Positions 12,611 to 25,624 of a stretch of DNA of 64,000 nt are shown in pieces. This DNA is from Carcharhinus longimanus (Eukaryota). Position 1 is the stretch's first letter. Each line of letters opens with the position of its first letter. A program made the position numbers and the translations under genes. The DNA is taken from contig JASCQW010000119.1 in the NCBI GenBank assembly GCA_030264375.1, positions 43,419,116 to 43,483,115 of the forward strand, in the 5' to 3' direction. The notes beneath the pieces were generated by a model that saw nothing but the letters and a program-made list of their open reading frames with translations, was not told where the DNA came from and did no database searches.

Positions 12611-12785
12611 CTCTTTCTAAGTCTGACTGTAGCTGTGCCTCCAGATCTTCTGGAGAGACATAATAATCGTGCTCTTCACCCTCAGGAGGCTTTGGTTTAC
12701 ACTTCCCACAGCAGCAATTACAACAGCAGCAGAGGCAGCAGCAGAAGTAACAGCCTGTAATCACTCCACAGAAAACGAACAGAGC
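12611..12785 (-). CDS. DNAJC5: DNAJC5 third coding exon (cysteine string)
   Basis: taactgcag|GCT CTG TTC... = [58 protein letters not shown]+G|gtaagt; 175 nt, 13 Cys in 24 residues. Confidence 0.98.
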
Positions 12786-12819
12786 CTGCAGTTACAAAGA
12801 AAGGTCATTAACAAGTGAT

Positions 12820-12972
12820 ACTATGGGGATTGTAAGCAAGGTACAGCAACAATCATGGATGATTTTAATATGCACATAGACTGGATTAATCAAATTGACA
12901 AGGGAAGCCTTGAGGGAGAACTCACAGAATGTATTAGAGATTGTTTCTTAAAGCAATATATTGTATAACCAG
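12820..12972 (+). mobile_element. CR1 LINE endonuclease-region fragment
   Basis: Encodes degenerate IMDDFNMHIDW...E..ECIRDCFL.Q; homologous to 36505-36642 (VMGDFNLHIDW...EFLECCRDSFLEQ.VLEPTRE). Confidence 0.65.
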
Positions 12973-14364
12973 ACTGCTCAAGAGTGAAGATAAAAGCCCA
13001 CTTTTATGGGGCTTTAAAAAGAAATTTATCACTGCCTGAATGATCTTGTAGTCCAAATTTCTAGACAATTCTGCAAAGTGTGCATTTTTAAAAAGTCAAC
13101 AACATTCTTCAAATCTAAATCATTCCTAAATTCAGAAACTGTTATGCAATTACAATTCAATGCTGAAGATCCGATAACTGCACTTCTTTATTTTATAGGG
13201 AAAGGTGGTGTGGTGGTTGAGGAGAGAGAAGAATGGATAATTGAACAATGCGTTTCAGAATGTTCTATTTAACTGCTAATATTTCTGTTACTGAATATAA
13301 AGGAGATTGGAAATTTAGAAAATACAAAGAAAACATGAAGATAAAGCACTGCACAATTAATCATGAAACTTTCTTGATCAAGCAATTGACTAATGTGGAT
13401 AATGGCACTGAGGTGGAGGCAGTAAAGAGACTGACATTAATAGGATTTGCACATTTCAGTCAGGGTCTTCTGTACAGTTGGAAAGCAACATAAATTAAGA
13501 TCTAACTTTTACAAAAATGTGTTATTTAACTAAATATTAATTTAATCCAAAGGACAGCACCCCAAACTGGTGTCAGCCTAGATAGGCACAAAACCCTATT
13601 TCAGACTGCTTACATTCTTTCAATAATATAGTCTTCAGTCAATTGTTCTGATGACGATTATGAAAATGGCAAACTCCGTGGGCTGGAATTCACCATTTTT
13701 AAGATAGTAATGCTGACCGTTTCACTATCATTTCAGGTAAAACTTCTAACACGAGTAGTTAAATGTGGAAACTCAGAAGTTGCCGTCAGTGATACCACAC
13801 TTCTCACAAGATGTATCACTGCTCTCTTTACAGATATAAGCAACTTTTTGCACATTATCTTTGCTCTAAAGAGAGAGAATGCAAAGTCAAATTGAATGTG
13901 TTGCATCAGAATTTTTAATGACCTCTCTGGCCCTGAAAAATTAATTTTGGCCAAGTTGGAGTCTAATCCCCATCAGAAGAACATTTAACAATTCAATTAT
14001 TCTCAAAATAAAGAAAATAAAGTGAAAATTAATTAAGTTTATGATATTTCAGTTTCCACCTTGATCTCATGTATGTCCCAATCACAATTTTGCTTTCTGT
14101 AAAAGTATTGAAATATGAATCATAATGTCTTTACAACTTGATGCATTGTAGTCTATGAGAATTCTTCAATCTGACTGTTCATTAGCCTGAATGCACTATG
14201 CTACCAATACTGCCAAATTTAAAGTCGTATCTGGTTAGGGGAAGTGGACACTCCAGAGCCCACTATTTCTTTGTAAGCAGCTTTTATTTGAGGTCAGGAG
14301 TGATCACCGTCTTTTCAGTGCTGACAAAAATCTCAATTCATGTCCCTATGTGATTAATATTTTA

Positions 14365-14685
<321 letters not shown>

Positions 14686-15379
14686 TTAAAAGTTGCACCA
14701 GCCGAGTTACAGTAAACTTTCAAAACAGATTGATGCTTAATATTAAAAGTTAGTTTTGGAATTGTTAACTTCTGTATGCTACCCTGTAGATACTTTTTGG
14801 CAAGGTACTTGTTAAGGCTATTTACTTTCCAACACAGCACATCAATATCTTCCCTGTAGTATATCATGTACATGGATACGATCAGGCTCCCAGGCCACAG
14901 ACAATGAAAAGAAACAAAAATATCTTGCATTTATATGGTGCCTATACTGTGAAAATATGCATCTCTGTGGGACAGAGACAAGTTTTTAAAAAATGGACAG
15001 TAAACCAAAACAAAGAAATGTTAAGAGATGGCCAAAAGGCTGATCAAAGAGGAGCATTTTAAGGAGAGGTTTCGGAAGGAAAAAGTGCAGAGCGCAGGAT
15101 TCAAGACAGTTGAAAGCACCTTTATTGCCATAACTTCCTTCTCTAATCTCCTCCAATTCCTCAGTGTCCTCAGAGAGATACCTCTGGCCTTCTAATTCTG
15201 GGCTCTGAGCATCTCTTTTTTTTCATTGCTCCACCACTGGTGGGCAGTGGCTTGATCTGTCTTGGCCTCAAGCTCTGGAATAACTTTTTTACTTCCCTTC
15301 AGACACTCCTTAAAGCCTATTCCTTTGTAGCTAAGCTTTTGGTCATCTGGCCTAATATCTTCTTATGTGTTTAGAAGTT

Positions 15380-15648
15380 TTAAAGTTTATTTGTTACAAG
15401 TAGGCTTTCATTAACACCACAATGAAGTTACTGTGAAAATCCCCGAGTTGCACCTATTCAGATATACTGGAGGGAGAATTTAGCATGGCCAATGCACCTA
15501 ACCAGCATCGCTTTCGGACTGTGGGAAGAAACACACGCAGACATGGGGAGAATGTGCAGACTCCATAGACAGTGAACCAAGCCAGGAATTAAACCCAGGC
15601 CCTGGTTCTGAGAGGCAACAGAGGTAACGACTGTAACTGTGACACCCA
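15380..15648 (-). mobile_element. V-SINE, second tail type (...gattttcacagtaacttcattg..gtgttaatg..agcctacttgt)
   Basis: Reverse complement matches the head, V-domain and tail of the copies at 27515, 47345 and 56725. Confidence 0.85.
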
Positions 15649-15774
15649 TTTTTATTGTGCTCCAGTGGAGCATCTTGGAACATTTTATTATGATGCATTA
15701 TGGAGCCTTTAATGGTGGGCCAAAGGTGAAGGGGTCAACAGCAATTGCCATCATCACAAGAACTTTTATGGAAT

Positions 15775-16205
15775 TGTGACTCCTGGGATGGCAGGACTGT
15801 CATACATGACACTAAACCAATTAGGATTATAAGCATAGGAGTTTAGAAAAATTCGAACAGGTTTAGACAGGGTAGATTCAGAATGTTCCCAGTGGTGGGG
15901 GAATCCAGGACTAGGGGTCATAGTTTGAGGATAAGGGGTAAACCTATTAGGACTGAGGTGAGGAGAAACGTCTTCACCTAGAGAGAGTGGTGACTCTGGA
16001 ATTCACTACCACAGAAAGTAGTTGAGGCCAAAACATTGTGTGATTTCAAGAAAGAATTATATATAGCTCTTGGGGTTAGAGGGATCAAGGGATACGAGGG
16101 GAAGGCAGGATCAGAATATGAAATTTGACAATCAGCCATGACTATAGCAATGGTGGAGCAGACTCAAAGGGCCGAATGACCTACTCTTCCTCCTATTTTC
16201 TATGA
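15775..16205 (+). mobile_element. CR1 LINE 3' fragment
   Basis: ttagacagggtagattcagaatgttccc..actaggggtcatagtttgaggataagggg..ttcacc.agagagtggtg..tggaattcactaccacag (LDRVD..TRGHSL..FT.RVV..WNSLP) followed by a CR1 tail. Confidence 0.85.
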
Positions 16206-16359
16206 AAGTGATTTGAAAATACATGTAGAGCTGAAGTTACTGTATATTTCTGGCAACTTTAGTATCTTCTTGTGAACAAATTGCACCCTCTAGTGTCCTG
16301 TTTAATAGTTACAGTGCCACTTTAAAATATTCCATCATACACAATTTTAAAAAATTCAC

Positions 16360-17800
16360 CATAACATAAGAAATAAAAGGCTGGAGTAGAACCTGCTGCA
16401 CAAATTTTTAATCTACCTCAACTCCACCTCTCTGTACATAGAACCCACAAATATACTGATCTCCATCTTAAACATAATTAATGAGTGAGCATGCACAGTT
16501 CTAGAGTAGAGAATTCCAATAATTCACAACCCTTGGAGCGATAACATTTCTCATCTCCATCCTACTTAGCCAACCCCTTATTCTGAGGCGATGACCTCGT
16601 GTTCTGGATTCCCAGTCAGGGGAAGCATTTTCTCATTATACTTTGTCAAATTCCTTAAAAATTACAAACATCGGAATTAGGACCAGGCGTAGACCACTTG
16701 GCCCCTTGAGCACACTGTTTTGTATATTTTAATTAGATCACCTAATTTTACTAACCTCCGGAGAATAAAGGTCCGATCTAGCCAATCTCTCTTTTTGGGA
16801 CAATGCCCTCAGCGCAGGAATCAGTCACTGCATTATGTCCAGGCAATTACATGTTTCCTTAGATAAGGAGATCAAAGCTACACGCAGTGCTTCATGTCTG
16901 GCCTTCCAATATCCTCCACAATATTGTTAAGTTCTTTACTCTCATACATCAATCCATTTGTAACAAAAGCTAACATGCCATGTGCCTACCCAATTGCTTG
17001 CTGCATCTGCACATTAATTTTGTGATTATTGTGTACAAGGATATCAAGGTCCTTTGAAATGCAAAGTCTGTAGTCGCTCACCATGCAAACACATTATACT
17101 TTTTTTTTGCCAGCAATACTTAAAAAAGACATACTGTTGAAGGTTTTCATCTTGCACTCAAGTCAGATGCAAGAATATCAAATTTTAAATGGAACAACGA
17201 TTTATATTTCATGAGAAAAAGGCTAAATGAATGATTGGCAAGTGGATTCTGGTTGTTCGAGGCATTGCCATGGAGCGCGCACCAGGGAATGTTATCCCCC
17301 AAACCTTTATTTAATTCAAAAAGACGTAATGCCTGGCTGTGTTTTTTGTTTTAGAGGACAGGACCTTGGATGTGAATTTATGTAGCTTCTAGCAATCGTA
17401 AATCAGCCACATTGTGAGCCCAACTAAATCTTTGTAAAACACTGAACAGCCCTGTGTGTGCAATCAGAATTATGCATGTTGGACTTCATACTTCACCACA
17501 TTGAACTCCATCTGTCCTCCTCCAGCCCACTCACCTATCTTGTTTGTATCCCTTCACAGCCTCTTTGCATCCTTCTTATTTGCCTACTTTCCCACCAAAC
17601 TTTGTATCGTCAGTAACCTTCAATAAAGTTACACTCATCCCCTCATCTAAATCATTAATATAGATTATAAATAGCTGATATCCAAGTACCATCCTTACAG
17701 TAATCCACTAGTTAGACACTGACAATTCAAAAATGTCCCATTTAGTTCTAAAATGTTTTCTGCCCATTAATCTATCCATACTATATATTACCCCTAACAT
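16360..17800 (-). mobile_element. Decayed CR1 LINE (antisense), interrupted by a Penelope pseudo-LTR relic at ~17130-17480
   Basis: Reverse complement of the CR1 ORF2 C-terminus and tail (aattccaataattcacaacc, ccccttattctgag, ccaaactttgtatcgtcag = ADDTK). The insert resembles 29475-29800. Confidence 0.65.
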
Positions 17801-18044
17801 AACGAAAGGTGTTTGTTTTGTTAAGGTAGGAGACTCATAGGACATTTCTGAAGTTAGGAATGAAATTGTACCTAACCCTAATCCTACTCCTCTTGAATTG
17901 CTGCAAAATGGTTCTAAAGGTGCTGGCTGCCTTGTTGCATTTTCTTCTAGCGACCCTTCTTTGAATGTTCAATTTAGCACTGAGGCTTCAGTTGAGTCCA
18001 CAAAAAATTGCCACTGGGACTTTGGGTTTTTTTTCCAGAAGCAC

Positions 18045-18340
18045 TGTGACCATGGCATGCTATTACTAATTCCCAACTAGTAATCTAGATGCCCAGACCG
18101 ATGCCCTGGGGGCATGGGCTCAAATTTTACCATAGAGGCTTGTAAAGTTTTATTCAATTAATAAACCTGGAACATAAAACTAGTCTTTGTAATGGTGACC
18201 AAGACAATACACTTGGTTTACTCTCATCTAGCCTAGCCTGCATGTGAATCTAGATCCACAACAATATAGTTGACTCTTTCCTGCTCTCCAAAATGGCTCA
18301 GCAAGCCACTCAATTCAAGGTAATAGGAGATTGGCAATCG
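18045..18340 (+). mobile_element. tRNA-headed SINE made of the 5' head and 3' tail of the 25620-28795 LINE family
   Basis: ctagtaatctagatgcccag..catgggctcaaattttaccat..gtaatggtgacca..catgtgaatctagatccacaacaat..aaatggctcagcaagccactca..ggtaataggagattggcaat. Confidence 0.65.
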
Positions 18341-18744
18341 TGCGTGCATGTGCATGTNNNNNNNNNNNNNNNNNNNNNNNNNNNNNNNNNNNNNNNNNNN
18401 NNNNNNNNNNNNNNNNNNNNNNNNNNNNNNNNNNNNNNNNNNNNNNNNNNNNNNNNNCCGCCCCGGCTCTGCTATGATTTTCAAAGGTGAATCTAAAATC
18501 ATTTAATAGGATCTTGATAGTTACCTCAAATACATGTGCCCTTAAACATCCTTAAAACAGAAGTAAAGCTGCTCATTTGTACCAAATGACTACGTTTGGC
18601 AGCCTTACAAACAAGGAAAGGGTGCAATTTGATTTATCTAATTTCTCATTGATCTTCACCAACTGAATCAAACATTTTATTACATTTTGGATTTATGATT
18701 AACACATTTATTTTTGCTCTTTGAGGTGCAATAATCTGACATAG

Positions 18745-18935
18745 AATCATAGATTTTCTATAGTGCCAAAGGCCAGTCAACCTAATCCGCACTTCTTGGT
18801 GTGGGAGGAAACTGGTGCACCCGGGGAAAGTGTGCAGGGTGAGAATGCACAAACTGCACACAGTGACCCAAGGCTGGAATTGCATCTGAGTCTCTGGCTG
18901 TGAGGCAGCAGGCTAACCACTTTGCTAGTGTGTCA
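18745..18935 (-). mobile_element. Degenerate V-SINE
   Basis: Reverse complement gtggttagcctgctgcctcacagccagag..caattccagccttgggtcactgtgtg..accagtttcctcccaca. Confidence 0.7.
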
Positions 18936-19081
18936 CCCACTGTAGTGAAAACATCAGAGGTCACACTTGCAGGTGTGATGGTTCTGAAAGATGCGTTATG
19001 GTCAATACAGATGCAACTTCAGATTTAGTTAGTTCTGTTGGTTCAAGATCTTCATTTTTATTCCATTATTGAGCTACTTAC

Positions 19082-19188
19082 CTGTATGATTTCTTAATGT
19101 CCTCTGGTGTAGCATTTTTGTCAAGTCCCAGAACAACATATAGTGTTTCCCCTGAGGTGGACAGTGAGCGCTGCCTTTGGTCAGTCAT
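19082..19188 (-). CDS. DNAJC5: DnaJ homolog subfamily C member 5 (cysteine string protein alpha), first coding exon
   Basis: Minus strand reads ATG ACT GAC CAA AGG... = [35 protein letters not shown](R); 107 nt ending AG|gtaagt. Matches the vertebrate CSP N-terminus, including the RSLS Ser10 PKA site. Confidence 0.97.
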
Positions 19189-19409
19189 TCTGCACTACTA
19201 GAAGAGAAAAATAAGATAACAAGAGGCTATTTCTCAATGAATAATTACTTCAAATACCATTTTACACAGAGCAGGCAAAGTGTATTATAGTTTAACATTG
19301 TTAGCATTTTAGAAATAATATGAATTACACGATTAAAAAAAGAAAATTGACCTATTTGGTCCAGTTTATTATAGGTGCACTGACTGATTAGAAATTGTAG
19401 TAAGAATAA

Positions 19410-20760
19410 AAGTGCTGAAAAATAAAATGCTAGAAAAAACTCAGTAGATCAGGCAGCATCTATGCAGAAAAACAGAGTGCGTGTTTCAGCTAGGAGATCT
19501 TTTCTCAGAAGTGAAGGAAGATAGAAATACAAGCGCTTCTGAGGTAGTGGAAGGGGCAGGAAGGAGAAGATCTGTAATAGAGAGAAGGTTAGGGAAGATT
19601 AAATAACAAAATATTTCATGTTACGCCAGAGTGTGGTAATGGAACAAATGCTGGAAAATCGCAGTAGGTCTGACAGAATAAGTGGAAAGAGGACAGAGCT
19701 AATCTTTCAAGTCTGTATGACACTTCGTCAGAGCATGCGGTAATGGATTTAATAAAGAAACAAAATAATGTCCAAATGAGGTATAAAATGCTGTACTACA
19801 AATATCTGAATACAACATGAAAGGATATATACAGAAACAAGTTTAGGATCAACCTAGCAAAACAGAAAACGATACTGGGTAAAAAAATAAAGTGGAGATA
19901 GAAGTTATGATATAATGTGTTGAATTAAATGTTAACTCCAGAAGACTGTAGAGTGACAAAACGAAAGATAAGATCCATGAGCTTGTGTTGAGCTTCAATG
20001 GAACACAGAAGACCATAGACAGAAAGACCAACATTGAAGCTAGGTGGAGAATTAAAAATGACAAGCAACTGTGCGCTCGGGGTGGTGATGTGGGCTGTAC
20101 GGATGTACGCCATAAAATGGTCACCCAGTTCTGTGTTTGGTCTCGTCAGTGTAGAGGAGACCACAATGTGAGCAGTGAATACACTATACTAACTTGGGAG
20201 AATTATGGGTAAATCTTTGTTCAGCTCAGGACTGTTTGCAGTTCTGGATCTGAGAAGGAAGGAGTAGAAAGGGCAAGTGTTGCATCTCCTATACATGCAT
20301 GGAAAGGTTCTATGGGGAAGGTAGGTAGTGTTAATAGTGATAGAGACTGGACTAGGGGGTTGTGCAGAGAATAGTCCCTGTGGAATATTGAAAGAAGAGT
20401 GAGAGAAGAGTGCAAAACATGAGCCGGCAGAAACAGAGGTGAATAATCAGTTGATTATGGCGATCCGTGAGGATAAGGAAGACTTGATTATGGTTTCGGG
20501 AGTCAGGATAGGAAGAAATAAGTTCAGTGGGACAGAACAGGCTGAAATAATAGGTCAGACTTGCTGATGGATTTTGGGAAGTTTGGGGGTTTGAGGTTGG
20601 AGGCAGTGGAGGGAAAATCTCCAGAGATACAGAATCAGTCATTGCCCTGGATGAATTGGCTTAACAGTTAGTAGAAGAGGTATGGTTCAGGGGGGGAGTA
20701 AGATGAAGTGTCAGATTTGGTTTTCAGCCTCTGCTAGGTGGAGAACTTGCATCTTATACT
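19410..20760 (-). mobile_element. Decayed Penelope-like element (GIY-YIG C-terminus plus pseudo-LTR)
   Basis: ORF 19925-20164 (LGDHF....FNSP....LSVYGLL.SIEAQHKL..LIFRFVTLQSSGVNI) matches the PLE endonuclease C-terminus; upstream fragments IFHRDYSLHNPLV; pLTR copies at 19420-19520 and 19645-19735. Confidence 0.75.
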
Positions 20761-21519
20761 ACTCAAAAGGGATGCCAGTTGCAAAGTCAAAATCTCCATG
20801 CACAGCACTGGATGTTTTAAGGTGTGCTGGACACAGGTGTTAATTGAAACTAAATATTTTCATGTATGACAGTATATTAAAGAAAATGATATAGTAAGTT
20901 AGTTTGGCCACGCATAGCCATTTTTGCTCTTTATTGGATATTCTAATGTACATAATGGTTACTGCATTACACATTTTTGAAATATATCCCAACTTATAAT
21001 AAAGCTCAAAGATATTGAAATTTTGCTACATTTGCACAAGAAGCTGAGCAAAACCTAAGATAAAGACCTCCCATGCCCATTTGTAAACCAATACTTATAC
21101 ATGTAGTAGATATCACTCTATCCTATTTACACAATATATCAGTAAGTTGAAGATAATAACACTACAATACCACTACTGTCACAATGACCTTTTATTGGCT
21201 GCAGCAGCACAAAAACCAATAGGAGGTTGTGTTGTGAGGTCAAGCTTTAGGTGAAGATTATGGGGATAACCTATTCTCCTAAAGTATGCTGCTCAAAGCT
21301 GTATTTTCTCAAAACCATGCCTGTTTATTTACAGCTAGTATTTACACATTTGAACTTCTAACAAAGTTAGAGTTTCTCTTTCCAGATTTCTCTTCTCAGT
21401 CACAATCACATCAGCATCATTTTTTAAAAAAAAAATTGGCCTGGGTCTGATGCTCTGAGAGTCAGTACAGACTCAATGGGCCGAATAGACATTTTCGTGC
21501 TGTAGGGATTCTATGGTAG

Positions 21520-23430
21520 CTGTGCTAGGTTTGGAAACTGCTGACTGAGGAAGCTTGTTGAGTTATGATTGTGCATCTTATAGATGACGCACACTGCAGA
21601 CACTGTGCATCAGTTGTGGAGGGAGTGAATGTTTGTGGATTAACTGCCAAATGGGCTGCGTCATCCTGGATGGTGTCAAGCTTTTTCAGTAATGTTGAAG
21701 GAGCACGTATCCAGGCAAATGGATTGTATTCCATCACACTCCTCCTGACTTGATGGTGGACAGGCTTTGGTGAGCCAGGAGGTGAGTTACATGCTGCAGG
21801 ATTCCTAGGTTCCAACCTGTTCTTGTAGCCACAGTTTTTATATAACTGGCCCAGTTCAGCTTCTAGTCAGTAATGGTAATGTACTGAATGTCAAAGGGTA
21901 ATGGTTAGATTCCCCCCTGTTGGAGAAGGTCATTGCCAGCACTTGTGGTGTGAATATTACTGGTCACTGATCAACTTAAGTTTGTTGCATTTGGACATGG
22001 ACTGCTTCAGAGTATCTGAGGAGGCATAAATGGTGTTGAATATTGTGCAATCAGCGAACATCATTTCTGATCTTATGATGGAAGGAAGTCATTGATGAAG
22101 CAGCTGAAGTTCATTGTGCCTAGGACACTACCCAAGTGATGTTGTGGAACTGAGATGATTGATCACCAACAACCACAATCATCTTTCTTTTTGCCAGGTA
22201 TAATTCCAATTAGCAGAAAGCTTTTCCCCAATTGCTATTAAATCTGGTTTTGCTAGGACTCCTCGATGCCACATTCAGTCAAATGCTGCTTTGATGTCAA
22301 GGGCAGAAACTCTCAACTCTGGAGTTCAGCTCTTTTACTGATGTTTGAACCATGAATGTAATGAGATCAGGAGCTGCGTAACCCTGGCAGAACCCAAATT
22401 GAGCAAGAGGCAGGTTATTTGTAAGCAAGTGCCACTCAATATTGTACTGTAGATGATCCCTTCCATCACTTCTCTAATCACCGAAAGTAAGCTGATGGGG
22501 TGGTAATTAGTCAGATTGGACTTTTCTTGCCTTTTGTGCATAGGACATAGCTGGGCAATTATCACATTAGCCTGGTGGCTTTACTGGATCAACTTGGCTA
22601 TGGCTGTGCCAAATTTTGGAGCACAAGTCTTCAATATTATTGCTGAATATTGTCAGGAAGCAAAGACTTGCAGCATCCAGTGTCTCCAGCCATTTCTTGA
22701 TGTCAAGTGGAGTGAATCGAATTGGCTAAACACATCAGTGATGCTAGGGACATCCCAAGGAGGCAGAAATGAATAATCCATTCAGCATCTGGTTGAAGAT
22801 TGCTGCAAATGTTTCAGACTTAATGTGCTGGGCTCTGCCATCATTGAGGATGGGAATATTTGTGGAGTCAATGCCGCCAGTGAGTTGTTTAATTGTACAC
22901 CACTATTCACTGGATGTGGCAGGACAGAGCTTAGATCTGATCCAATGAATGTGGAATACTCATCTCTATTACTTGCTGCTTATGCTATTTGCTACTACTC
23001 CTGCATTACAGGTACACCAGGTTGACACTTCATTTTTTAAATTATATCTGGTGCTGCTCTTGGCATGCCCTCCTGCTTCGCCCTCCGTTGAGTCCCTGGC
23101 TTGGTGATAATGGTAGACTGGACCTTGAGGTCACAGATGTGGTCGAGTACAATTCTGCTGCTGTGGATGGCCCAAGGATGTCCTGGTTGCCTAGTCTTGA
23201 GTTACTAGATCTGTTTGAAATCTATTCCATTTAGCATAATGGTAATGCAATACAACACAATGGAGGGTATCTTCAATGTGAAGGCTGGAATGCATCTCCA
23301 CAAAGACTGTGCAGTGGTCACACCTATTGATACAGTCATGGATAGATAAATCTGCAACAGGCTGATTGCTGAGGATAAGATCAAGAATGCTTTTCCTTCT
23401 TGTAGTTCCTTCACAAGGGAACCAACAAGA
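21520..23430 (-). mobile_element. Decayed CR1/L2-group LINE (RT region), antisense
   Basis: Translated fragments KSNLTNYHPISLLSVIREVME, LDLILSNQPVAD..HDCI.RCDHCTV and QVRRSVMEYNPFAW; many frameshifts and stops. Confidence 0.85.
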
Positions 23431-24384
23431 ATTCATATATATCTAAGACATTACACTTAGAATTAATGGTCACAGCTTCATAGATAGCCATTTTTTAACC
23501 CAAAGCCTTCAAACCATATACACAGGCACCATTAGCTTGACAACTCTGGTTCTAACAGACATCAGACAAACATTGTCCATATCATACACCAGGGCCTCTC
23601 TTAACATGAGCAAAGGACTTTCAGGGAAGATTAATGATAGCTCTTAACTGCCTTATTCACTTGCAAAAGAATTTTTGAAAAAATTATTGATGACACAGCC
23701 TGGTACTATTACCATCTATTAACACATCTGTAGAACTAGATTTGGACATTATAGGAATACAGATGGGAGTAACTCAGATTTTAAAGAATCCTTATTTTTT
23801 TATTAAATGTTTGAACTCACCTTATGAAGACTGCCAGATTTTGAATTTATAAGCGATGTCTGTGGTGGTTAAATATTCAACACTTATTCCACCTATTCCA
23901 TCTGCTATTCTTTATTAAAGGGGGTTATGTGGCTTGTGACTGCATAGTCAGGATTATAAAGCACATTCAAGTGTGCTGCCAAATTCATCTATGAATTGCA
24001 TTATTTTCTTTATTACTGGCAATGTGCTCACATTAAGTAATAAAAGAGGGCAGATTTTTTAAAATAACCTGTTACACTATAGTTTTCCCATATGAGTAAA
24101 ACATCATCTTGATTTACGTACATGTCATCATAGTCTTCTGATGGATTTATCAGCAAGTCACTACTTCCCGAGAATGCACTGTCTATATTGCTGGCTGCCA
24201 GTAAGACTCTCGAAATTCAGTAAATGACAGAACAAAGGCCAGAATTTGAAAGTTACCCATCATGAAGACTAGAAACAATATTAATTTGTATAAATTAAAT
24301 TAGATTGCACCAACATTTTGATGTCAATATAAAGCATGAAGTGAATAGTACATTTCAATAATGGGATGGGGGAAATTCACCAGG

Positions 24385-24700
24385 GCAAAATGAAAAAAAT
24401 ACAATGCAGAGTCAGCATGGATTTCAAAAGGAATAACCTAGTTTTAAAAAAAAACTTTACTGATTTTTTTGGAAGGTGGTAATACAGACAATGCAGCAAT
24501 TGATTCAGATTTTCTAGAGGCCTTTGATAAAGTGCCCCATAATAGATTAATAAGGTGAATGTGGAGTCAGGCAACAATTGGTAGAATGGATTGCTAGCTG
24601 CCTTTATTCAAGAGATAAAATAGACAGCGGGAGTAAAAGGATAATTATTTGGCGGGGCAAAGGTGGCAAGTGGTGTTCCATAAGGATCAGTGCTAGGATA
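24385..24700 (+). mobile_element. CR1 RT fragment
   Basis: agtcagcatggattt (SQHGF), gattttctagaggcctttgataaagtgccccat (DF..AFDKVPH), agtggtgttccataaggatcagtgctagg (SGVP.GSVLG). Confidence 0.8.
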
Positions 24701-25624
24701 CAGATTCTCTGACACCCTGTGCGAAATAAATACTCAACTAGATCCTCCAATTTGCCCAATTATACTGAAATGCATTCAAAAGGCAACACTCTACACCGAC
24801 AATCAAGCTTGAGATGAAAAGACAATCTGAAAGCAAACCTTGGGGGCTTTCAAACTGGATCCCGTTAAATGAAAAAAACAATCTTGCATAGGCCCAAATG
24901 GAGAAGTCTCTGTCAAATCTTGATATTTGAGAACACAGTCAACTGCCTTCAGACAAGCAAGCACAACACAAAGCCGATGTCCCCATCCATCCCTCCAACA
25001 CTGACTTTATACGATGCATTTGCCATCAATTGTACAAATTAAGACTTGGCTTAATGCCACACAAGACAATATCAACATAACTGTAAACTTTTTTTTTGCT
25101 GAAGACTCATCTGTTGAAAGGACAGAAGAATTCACCACACTGACATACAGTAAGGCTTAATACTGAAATGAAGGTGCACTTTACAAGTATATTCTTGTTA
25201 AAGACTTTTGACTCCTCCACTGAAACCAAAATAGGGTCCACTCACATATCTAGACTAAAACTACCAGTCAACTCAACACTAATACAACACTGCAAAAGAA
25301 GATCCAGCCCAGTAATTTCCCAAGATTCACAAAAGCCATCCAACTCAGTCGAGTAAACTTTTTTCAAAATAGAGATGCGTCCCTCATTAAATGAAAGACC
25401 CAGGATAGTCATTTACTGACCCTTTGACATGGACCATCAATGCTCACAGGCTAAATTACACATCCAAGACATAAGGTGAGGAGTAAAACAGAAAATACAG
25501 ATCACCTGTAGCCAATGTCACTTGCAACTGTTTCTTTAAAACAGTCTGCCCAGTGCTTTACAAAGAAATTCAGCTTGGTCTTCACAATAATGCTACGAAA
25601 AAAATAGAAATCGTTAACGAGGAG

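Noticed and set aside
12551-12760. Plus-strand ORF with a CAG/Ser-rich repeat
   Set aside because: It is the antisense shadow of the DNAJC5 cysteine-string codons (TGC/TGT).
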